Assembly: GCF_006345805.1 (NCBI RefSeq)
Contig: NC_043005.1
Span: 105,090,001 to 105,154,000, forward strand
Direction of reading: 5' to 3'
From: Octopus sinensis
Taxonomy: Eukaryota
DNA length: 64,000 bases
Part shown: positions 54,574 through 64,000 of the stretch, one piece after another
Numbering within the stretch: position 1 is the stretch's first letter
Layout of the letters: each line of letters starts with the position of its first letter
Notes under the pieces: model-generated
The model's input: only the letters and a program-made list of their open reading frames with translations
Database searches by the model: none
What the model was told of the DNA's origin: nothing
Position numbers and translations under genes: made by a program

Positions 54574-55060
54574 AGCATTGTAACATTGTAACATATTGAT
54601 GATGAAACTTCGAGGATAAAGAATTCGAAATTTTGTTTCTGATTAAATCCTAGCTAAAGCCAGTTTTTGTCATGTTCTCGTGTGAAAACCAAACAAAATT
54701 CTATAATACTCTTTCAGACAAAGTTATGTTTCGCTACTATGTTAATATGCTGACTAAAAAGTTAACAAAGGAAGCATTAAAGAATCTGTGTTTTTCACGC
54801 TGCTATTGCTGTTGAGCATATGTAGGTCATCTATGAACAAATTTTCATATCATCAATCAAATGTATTCTAGTCGTGACTAAAAGAGATTTTAACGCTGTT
54901 TCCAGCTCAACAACGAAGTCGGTCAAACAACGTCATAAGCAGTATAAAGTATTCAGGATACACATAGATATATAATATATATGCGTTGATACGCACAGTG
55001 GTGAATGCTTATACACATGCGCACATACATACATATACATACATAATTACACACACACGC

Positions 55061-55175
<115 letters not shown>

Positions 55176-55199
55176 GCATACACACATGTTAATTGTTTC

Positions 55200-55620
55200 G
55201 AGTTGACAGATGATAGCCGTCTCATTTAATCTATTTCATCCCGATAATCTCCATTATGCTGTGTGCTCTGAGAGGTCCGCGATTGTGCGTTTCCAGCTGG
55301 TTAAGTCTGCACACGTCGGTACTCCTAGATCGCTACAGGACTTCAATAGAACGACAAGATGAAGCAGATGGAATGAGACATCTGTACGTCATTGGAATAA
55401 AGGGAAATACGCTTGTACAATACGAATGCCATCCTCCAAGTATCAGCAACTGAAATTCAGTGACAAGCGTTATAAGATGACGGGTAGCCGCATCAGCTGC
55501 AGACCTGGTTATTTCGAATTACCTTCTCTTAGTCGTTTTCAAACAAACGATAGCTACAAGTAAGAAGGGATTCGAAAGAAACGTTTCTACACAATTGGAT
55601 GGTTGTTGACTCTTTTAAGT
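55200..55620. repeat. Unclassified dispersed repeat family D; diverged direct copy at about 59560-59930
   Basis: Collinear blocks TTGACAGATGATAGCC, TGTGCTCTGAGA, ACATCTGT.CGTCATTGGA and GCTTGTACAA are present in both copies. Confidence 0.7.
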
Positions 55621-55805
55621 TCATCTTTCCTTTAACGAGTTTTCTTTACTTTTTGATCCTGCAGGGTGCCTTAAATTCCCCTTCGTCACCAAGCAGGCTT
55701 AGTGGGGGGTGCCAGTTTAGTAGCCGACGACCCGTTCACGAAATAGGGTACACTAGGATGCATGTCATCAGTAGCATGTAATTTGTGTGACCTTGACCTG
55801 ACAAA

Positions 55806-55868
<63 letters not shown>

Positions 55869-55980
55869 CTTTTATACATGCTATCATTCATACATTCATA
55901 CATATAAATGTATACATACATACATACATACATACATACATACATACATACATGCATACATACATACATACATACATACA

Positions 55981-56014
<34 letters not shown>

Positions 56015-56064
56015 CTTATGTGTTCCAGCTGGGGAACACATACGCCATTTATATATATATATAA

Positions 56065-56303
56065 ATGCGCCCTTTTTAAAGCCCAGCGAGGCTCATGGGA
56101 CCGGTTTCTATGGCGTATGTTTTCCCCAGCTGGATGGGACGCCAGTCCATCGCAGCGTTACTCATTTTTGCCAACTGAGTGGACTGGAGCAACGTGAAAT
56201 GAAGTGTTTTGCTCAAGAACACAATGCGTCGCCCAGTCCAGGAATCGAAACCACAATCTTATGATCATGAAGTTGACACCTAATCACTAAGCCACGCGCC
56301 TCC
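56065..56303 (-). mobile_element. SINE family C (tRNA-derived head); remnants at about 12900-13040 and 25030-25160
   Basis: Minus strand GGAGGCGCGTGGCTTAGTG (A box) .. GGTTTCGATTCC (B box) .. TGTTCTTGAGCAAAACACTTCATTTCACGTTGCTCCAGTCCACTCAG. Confidence 0.8.
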
Positions 56304-56353
56304 ACTATATATATACATATATATATATATGCATACATATTAATCGGAGTGTA

Positions 56354-56489
56354 CAGTATTATATATCGATTACTGCCGATCTTACGGATCGGTTTCACAT
56401 TGGGGGTTCAACGGACTGTTACTTAACACTGTTGAACTCCTAGTGCGAAACTGATCGGTAAGATCGGCAGTAATCGATATATAATACTG
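56354..56489. mobile_element. Palindromic Tc1/mariner-type MITE with TA TSD
   Basis: TA|CAGTATTATATATCGATTACTGCCGATCTTAC ... GTAAGATCGGCAGTAATCGATATATAATACTG|TA. The arms stay largely complementary to the centre. Confidence 0.7.
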
Positions 56490-56574
56490 TAGACATGTAC
56501 ACTTCGATTAATATACTCACTCTACTGACAAATATACGAGTGCATGTTTTTTTGATTTATGGATCCTATGGCGG

Positions 56575-56930
56575 TGAGTGGGTGTGTGGTAAGTAGTTTG
56601 CTTACCAACCACATGATTCTGGGTTCAGTCTCACTACGTGGCACCTTGGGCAAGTGTCTTCTACTATAGCCTCGGGCCGACCAAAGCCTTGTGAGTGGAT
56701 TTGGTAGACGGAAACTGAAAGAAGCTCGTCTTGTATATATGTATATGTTTGTGTCTACGTTTGTCCCCGCCCCCACCACCATTAAAAAACCGACGTTGGT
56801 GTGTTTACGTACCCGTAACTTAGCTGTTCGGCAAAAGAGATTGATAGAATAGGCACTAGGCTTACAAAGAATAAGTCCTGGGAGTCGAGTTGTTCTTCTA
56901 AAAGCCAAAATGACTGAAACCAAAAAAATA
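56575..56930 (+). mobile_element. SINE family A
   Basis: Head, body and partly deleted tail. Further family A fragments at about 1700-1795, 30270-30425, 34305-34370, 34850-35015 and 52672-52810. Confidence 0.85.
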
Positions 56931-57006
56931 TATGAAAACTATCAGTCACTGATTGTGAATGAAGTGAGAGCTAGCTTGCAAGATGTAAATAGATAAATAG
57001 ATAGAC

Positions 57007-57095
<89 letters not shown>

Positions 57096-57957
57096 CGCAT
57101 ACATAAATAATTAATATACTGGCCAGGCAATCATGACCCTGTTTCAACATGTCTGACCAGGCTCAAGCAAGACACAGCTAGAGCCAAAAGATCATCGTTT
57201 TTAGACTTCCGCATAACGAGGCAAAATAAAAACGAGATAGAAAATATTTTGGTCAAAATACTGGAACAAACATTGAAATTAACGACAGAGAAGGAAATAT
57301 AGCGGAATCCCTTCTTTTTATACACAAAAGCTTCAATAAACTAATAATTACTTCTGCTACGAGTCTATAGCGCTATTCAATAAATCCATTTACACATCAT
57401 ATATGCACAAAAGCTCAAATAATACATCCAATAAATAAAATATATCAAAATTTTAATAACCTATAGAAATAAGCAAATTTAATTAATCAGCAACGATAAG
57501 ACATTAGAAATATTCAATAAGTCCATTTAAAATATACATGCACAAAATAAGAAACAAAGAAAAAAATAAAAGGAAAATATCTACTGGATAATAAATAATG
57601 TATAGAAAAATTAATTTTAAAAAATCAATTCTAGCAAAGTGCAGAAATAACTAGATTAATTAAAATATATAAATAAATATATAATAAACACAAATAAAAA
57701 AAAAATTGTATATATATACACACACGCAAATAAGTAATTAGATAAATAAAAGCAGCATCCTCTCCATCTGTTTAAGTTATAATCACATCTCATAATATTA
57801 CAACAATCATTTCCAAATTCAAACTACATTTTGTTTCGACGGTTCAACTCAAGTTAGAAAAGAAAATTCCTTAAAAACATAACATCAATAGGTTTATTTC
57901 TATGTTTACTAAGCTTAAACTCATCTCTGAAGATGATTACGTGTGTGACCGAATCTC

Positions 57958-58002
<45 letters not shown>

Positions 58003-58046
58003 TTAGCTGATCCGTGTATTCCTCGTAAATTAATTGCTTAATATTT

Positions 58047-58278
58047 TTATTTCTTTATTGCCCACAAGGGGCTAAACACAGAAGGGACAAACAAGGACAG
58101 ACACACGGATTAAGCCGATTACATCGACCCCAGTGCGTAACTTGTACTTATTTAATCGACCCCGAAAGGATGAAAGGCAAAGTCGACCTCGGCGGAATCT
58201 GAACGCAGAACGTAACGGCAGACGAAATACCGCTAAGCATTTCGTCCGGCGTGCTAACGATTCTGCCAGCTCGCTGCC
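58047..58278 (-). mobile_element. SINE family B, near full length
   Basis: Near-consensus reverse-complement copy. Confidence 0.9.
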
Positions 58279-58998
58279 TTATACAACAGACAATTATCCC
58301 TCTTTCCTTCTTTCTCTCTCTCCCTCACTATGTCTGTCTGTCTGTCTCTCTGAATATACGTTTTAATAGCTTAATATTATTTCGGTTATTCTTACTAGAT
58401 CATATCGACCCAACCTGCTACAAATTTTATCGTTATTTAGCTAAACCATTAACGTTTCGCCATTTGACAAAACATCAGTTTTTCTTACTACCTTTGTCTA
58501 GAGTAAAGGATAGGACACTTGGCCTTTGCAGGCCTTCTGCAATTTAGTTAAACACACACGTGATAAAAATATGCACAGGCGCACAGACACACAGGCGCAC
58601 AGACACACATGTTCATAAACACTCACACACTTGCGCTCGTGCACGTACAAAAACCGGTTGAGTCCCATACATTATTACATATCTACCCAATAGCTATATT
58701 AATAACATAAATACGATAGTGAAATATATGCTAGGGTCAATGCAACGGACTAAAAGACTTAGAAGATAGAACTTCCTGTAGATAAACAGTAGGAAAGATT
58801 AAAGAATGTTTCAGTCACGCATGTGACTTCAGAGTTGAAATCGAGCCTCATGTATTGCTAATCAAGTAAGTGGTCATAGAAATATATCTACAAAAGCGGA
58901 GTTTTTAAGAATTTTGTTTTGATACCTGAAGTAGAAATGTCGAGAACGAAATATAGTGTGTATATACACACACATACACATAAGCATATCCACACATC

Positions 58999-59029
<31 letters not shown>

Positions 59030-59088
59030 ATATTATATATATATATCTATATATATATAATATATATATTATATATATATATATATAT

Positions 59089-59180
<92 letters not shown>

Positions 59181-59183
<3 letters not shown>

Positions 59184-59513
59184 GCTTAGTAAAATAAATT
59201 ACTTTGCCACATACTGAACTCATTAGAAATAGCAGCTAAAGAAATTTCTTCAGCTATTTCTAATACTTAAAGAAGATCTCTCTCAGATAGTGTTTGCCTA
59301 AACCAACTCACAAAGGTATGGGGGAAAAAACATTAAAAAATCAAGTGCAAAGGTTATTTGAGAACGTACGTTTCTAGATTAGTCAATTCGACATTTCTTT
59401 CGTCAGCTCAGAATTCCTTGAATCGGATTTGGGAACACTGAAAGTTGGGAGCATACCCTTTCGGCTTCTTATCACTTCTAGAATTCTGCTCGAACTAAAA
59501 GTGCTACCAAATT
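59181..59513 (-). mobile_element. Near-identical partial copy of the 553-bp retrozyme-like monomer
   Basis: Reverse complement of 3074-3405 with only a 1-bp indel seen. (TA)n on both sides. Confidence 0.9.
59359..59410 (-). ncRNA. Type I hammerhead ribozyme motif (copy of 3177-3228)
   Basis: Exact reverse complement of the 3177-3228 motif. Confidence 0.7.
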
Positions 59514-59993
59514 ATATATATATATATATATACACATATATATATATATATATATATATATGATCGCTTCTTGACAGATGATAGCCATCTCAATCAATTT
59601 ACATAATCCCAGTAATCTCCATCGTATCTGTGTGCTCTGAGATGACTTGTCGCCGCCATCCATCACCACTGCACTTTGATTGAGAGACAAGATGGACCAG
59701 ATTGAATGAAACATCTGTGCGTCATTGGATTCAAGTGACATATGCTTGTACAACACGAATCCCACTCTCTCTGTATCACTAACTGGAATCCAGTTACCTG
59801 AATTGCAAGTTTGATTTCAGAATAACCTCTTTTAGACGTTTCTTACCAATGAATACCTGCAAGTCATCCAGAATTTGAAAGAAGGATATTTGTACACAGC
59901 TGGATGGCTGCTGAATCTCATGGGTTCAGCCTCTCTTTAAAGGGTTTTGTCTTTTATCCCGATCTCACGAGGTGTCCAAAATTCAAGCTTGGT

Positions 59994-60343
59994 GGTTCAG
60001 TAAAATAATTTACTTTACCACACACCGAACTTTTTAGAAATAGCAGCCAAAAATCTTAGCTATTTCTTCTACTGTAAGAAAAATCTCCCAGACAACGCTT
60101 ACTCAAAAATAGAGTTATTTTTGAGTATGCATTGTCCGGGAGATTTTTCTTACAGTAGAAGAAATAGCTAAGATTTTTGGCTGCTATTTCTAAAAAGTTC
60201 GGTATGTGGTAAAGTAAATTATTTTACTGAACCCTATTTTTATAACGTAATGTTTCAAATATACCGTAAATGGTCTTTTTACTTACTGAACACTACTTGG
60301 TAAAATTAATTAATAGTTAATTAGTTTTACCCTTTTTTTATTG

Positions 60344-60347
<4 letters not shown>
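59994..60347 (+). mobile_element. Fold-back PLE-type insertion (subfamily related to 2610-3511)
   Basis: Arms 59994-60111 and 60116-60233 with about 4 mismatches, 4-nt loop, unpaired tail 60234-60347 homologous to the tail at about 3405-3511. Confidence 0.7.
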
Positions 60348-60384
<37 letters not shown>

Positions 60385-60387
60385 GAA

Positions 60388-60762
60388 GCATGAGTGGCTG
60401 TGTGGTAAGTAGCTTGCTTACCAACCATATGGCTCCTGGTTTAGTCCCATTGCGTGGAACCTTGGGCAAGTTTCTTCTACAATAGCCATGAGCCGATCAA
60501 AGCCTTGTGAGCGGATTTGGCAGACGAAAACTGAAAAAGCCCGTCGTATATGTGTGTGTGTATGTGTGTGTGCGTGTCTGTCCTCCCACCATCGCTTGAC
60601 AACCGATGTTGGTGTGCTTACGTCCCCGTACTTTAGCGGTTCAGCAGAAATGAACATTAGAATAAGTACTAGGCTTACAAAGAATAAGTCTTGGGGTCAA
60701 TTTTTTCGACTAAAGGCGGTGCTCCAGCATGACCGTAGGCAAATGGGTGAAAACAATAAAAA
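60388..60762 (+). mobile_element. SINE family A
   Basis: Head, body and tail blocks present. Confidence 0.88.
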
Positions 60763-60782
60763 GAATATATATATATATATAT

Positions 60783-61204
60783 ATCCGTAATAATGAAGGG
60801 TGAATTAATTAATTTGGAAAAATTATCATTACACCAAGTAGTCTTGGCATGTAAAAGCCTCATTCGAGGAAAATTTAAGTAATACTAAGCAATAAGGGTT
60901 TAGAACGAGTTGCCTTACCACATACCGAATTTAGAAATAGCAGTCAAAGGGTTATAGCTATTTCTTCTACTAAAAGGGAGATCTCAGTAAACAAGCATTT
61001 GGAAGGCACAAACAGGTAGAGAGAATGAATTGACTGCAATATGTTGATAGATTGCAGTCAATTCATTCTCTTACCTGTTGTGCCTCCAAATGCTTTTTTA
61101 CTAGATCTCCCTTTTTAGTAGAAGAAATAGCTATAACCCTTTGATGCTATTTCTAATTCGGTATGTGGTAAGGCAACTCGTTGCTAAACCCTTATGCTTA
61201 GTAT
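60783..61204 (-). mobile_element. Fold-back PLE-type insertion (subfamily shared with 24607-24893)
   Basis: Arms 60882-61040 and 61051-61204 with several small indels, 10-nt loop, unpaired tail 60783-60881, (TA)n flanks. Confidence 0.7.
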
Positions 61205-61230
61205 ATATATATATATATATAATATATATA

Positions 61231-61945
61231 CACGAGAAGGTGTCCAAAAGTAACCGGAAACGTTTTCTGTGGGACAAGCTCGTTGTAGTTCAGGCTTCTG
61301 CCTCTAGAGGCCGCTTGATGCGAGCCTTACACATCAGTCTGCTGATCGGTGTCGTCTGGTTTAGTCGTACTGTCACGTGGTGCGTCTTTGTTTTGTAATG
61401 CTTCTCTCTTGTTAGTTCAATTTTGCGATTGTTAAACCGAAGGAACAGCGTGCTTCCATGAAATTCTGTTTTCTGCTGGGGAAAATGGTAGTCGAAACCC
61501 ATTCCATGCTTTAAACTGTGGTGTGTGCGAGAGATTCGAAATAAAGGCCCCTACCTTCTCTTCGCTCTGATGGAGACCCTTCAGCGGTAACGGATCCTTC
61601 GACACGGCCCGACCTGAACGCTAGAGATAGCAGCTGCTTCACCCAACCTTAACAACGCGATCACCCGTCTTAACTCCTCGACAACCGGACTCGAAAAGGC
61701 AGAATGACCCGCTCGCTGCGCACGCGCCATGGCTGTTCCTTCCGGTCAGCCCCAAGTCCCGGTCAGCTCCCCAGCTGCTGACGTCATCCCACGCAAACAG
61801 CTTACAAGGACGCAAGCCATGAGCAAAACAAGTTTACGAGTGGTTTTTCACGCTTTAGGAATGGTCACTTGTCGGTTGAAGGTCAAACTCGTTCAGGACG
61901 ACCGTCGACCTCCCGAATGAAAACATCAGGAAAATTCCAGAACTG
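61231..61945 (+). mobile_element. Mariner transposon 5' remnant (TIR plus transposase N-terminus), interrupted
   Basis: TIR-like CGAGAAGGTGTCCAAAAGTAACCGGAA. EQRASMKFCFLLGK..ETHSML starts at 61443 and resumes after the insertion as TAYKD..YEW..FRNGHLSVEGQTRSGRPSTSR, with frameshifts. Confidence 0.85.
61517..61793. mobile_element. 277-bp insertion resembling a solo LTR inside the mariner transposase
   Basis: Ends TGTGG...CCACG (TG..CA if the last base mutated). Putative 5-bp TSD TAAAC/CAAAC. Removing it rejoins the transposase codons ML(Q)TAYKD. Confidence 0.55.
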
Positions 61946-62325
61946 ATGCCATGTCTTTGCAGTGTTTACACCACTATATTTCTATCTCAATTTTACGGCG
62001 AATCCAAAGCAACGGTAGAACGTATTTGCTGTGGCTGAGTAACGAAATTCTTCACCACAACTGCAATGCTGGCACCCGAATTCTCTATGCAAACATATAG
62101 AGAAGCTGAAACTTATTGCCTATAGATGCGAACACATACACATATATATACACACACACATACACACACATATATACATACACACAAACACACACATAAA
62201 TTGACTCTCTCTCTCTTCCTCTCTCTTTCTCTCTTTCTTTGCTTCTCACCACCTGTCTCGCTCCCCTCTTCCTTTACCTTCCTCCTTTCTTTGACTGCTT
62301 TTCTCTTCTTCCCTCTTCTTTCGCT

Positions 62326-62397
<72 letters not shown>

Positions 62398-62438
62398 TCC
62401 TCTCTCATCCTCACTCCCCTTCATTCTGCGCGTGTGTG

Positions 62439-62477
<39 letters not shown>

Positions 62478-62546
62478 ATATGTATATATATATATATGTG
62501 TGTGTGTATATGTATATATATATATATGTATGTATATATATATATG

Positions 62547-62597
<51 letters not shown>

Positions 62598-62810
62598 ATA
62601 CAGTTTATACATGTATATATACCTACATACATCCACCCATAGATCCATACATACAGACATACATCGATCTCATTACTTTCTACAGTTGTTTTCGAACCCT
62701 CATTGTTTATACACTCACTTCTTCCTTATTTTAATCAATCCATCTATTTGCATCACTCCCACATCTCCTTCTCTTCAATTTCTATCTCTCCCCTCCTTCT
62801 CATCTTTCTT

Positions 62811-62861
<51 letters not shown>

Positions 62862-63359
62862 GGCTTTTCTCTATTATCCTTCTTACCGCATCCCAAGATC
62901 TCTCACCAACACTCCAATAAGCATCTCTCGTGAATCTGTTCTACCGTCTTGGAGTGATTTGGATAATCAGTGACACGGAAGTGACCTCCAGCGTGGAGTA
63001 TATGTTCGGGATGTATGTGTGTGTGTGTGTGTGTGGTGGGGAGGAGGAAGAGGTGGGGTTGTAGCGTTCTAGTGTCCTGTAAGTCGATTCTAATTCCACT
63101 TTGTGTCTTTGTTAACATACACAATTACCATCACCCCTACCACCACCTACTCCATCACCCCTATCCCCACACTTCGCTACAACCCCACCTGATCACCACC
63201 ACCACCAACACCACAACCACAGCAATCAGAATCAACACCACTATTACCACAACCACCACTACGATCGGCATCAGAAGCACCACGGCTACCACCACTGTCA
63301 ACGCCACCGCCATCTACATCACCACCGCCATTGCAATCATATACTTCATAAAATTTATC

Positions 63360-63446
63360 CCCACCACCACCACCACCACCACCACCACCACACTACCATA
63401 GCAATCATTATTGTGATCATCACCATCATCGTCGTCGTCGGCGGCG

Positions 63447-63484
<38 letters not shown>

Positions 63485-63485
63485 G

Positions 63486-63574
<89 letters not shown>

Positions 63575-63913
63575 GTCATCATCATCATCATCATCATCAT
63601 CAACATCATCATCATCATCGTCATCATCATCATCATCAACATCATCATCATCATCATCATCATCATATCATCATCATCATCGTCATCATCGTCATCATCA
63701 TCATCATCATCATCATTCATCATCATCATCATCATCATTCATCATCATCATCATCATCGTCATCATCATCATCATCATCATCATCATTCATCATCATCGT
63801 CATCATCATCACATCATCATCATCATCATCATCATCATATCATCATCATCATCATCATCATCACATCATCATCATCATCATCGTCATCATCATCATCATC
63901 ATCGTCATCATCG

Positions 63914-63948
<35 letters not shown>

Positions 63949-64000
63949 GTCATCATCATCATCATCATCAACATCATCATCATCGTCATCATCATCATCA
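63360..64000. repeat. Long (CAT)n microsatellite with CGT/CAA/indel variants, preceded by a cryptic CAC/ACC tract
   Basis: Directly visible; runs off the end of the window. Confidence 0.97.

Noticed and set aside
57927-57956. CTGAAGA..GAATC
   Set aside because: Incomplete GAAA and no pairing stems.
58815-58865. 51-nt symmetric candidate exon (HACDFRVEIEPHVLLI)
   Set aside because: Purine-rich acceptor context and no homology evidence.

Overview
64 kb of AT-rich, microsatellite-saturated eukaryotic non-coding DNA. The tRNA-derived SINE families and the repeat landscape suggest an octopus/coleoid cephalopod genome; this is inference, as no database search was possible. I recognise no host protein-coding exon, rRNA, tRNA gene or CRISPR array. 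Most listed ORFs are translations of simple repeats. The recognisable coding remnants are all transposon-derived: an RTE-type LINE 3' end, an L1/Tx1 RT fragment, two Penelope-like element (PLE) GIY-YIG fragments and a mariner transposase fragment. There are also about 25 SINE copies from three families, MITEs and a non-autonomous Helitron. The main hidden signal is ten type I hammerhead-ribozyme (HHR) motifs: seven with intact CUGANGA/GAAA/UH cores and three degenerate. They lie in PLE-type, mostly ORF-less elements. Six insertions share one asymmetric fold-back architecture: an inverted arm, a turn, then a sense arm plus a 68-118 nt unpaired 3' tail, usually set in (TA)n. One of them is a 553-bp retrozyme-like tandem monomer with a near-identical partial copy 56 kb away. 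SINE and remnant boundaries were read by eye and are approximate (about +/-10 bp) unless a TSD is given.
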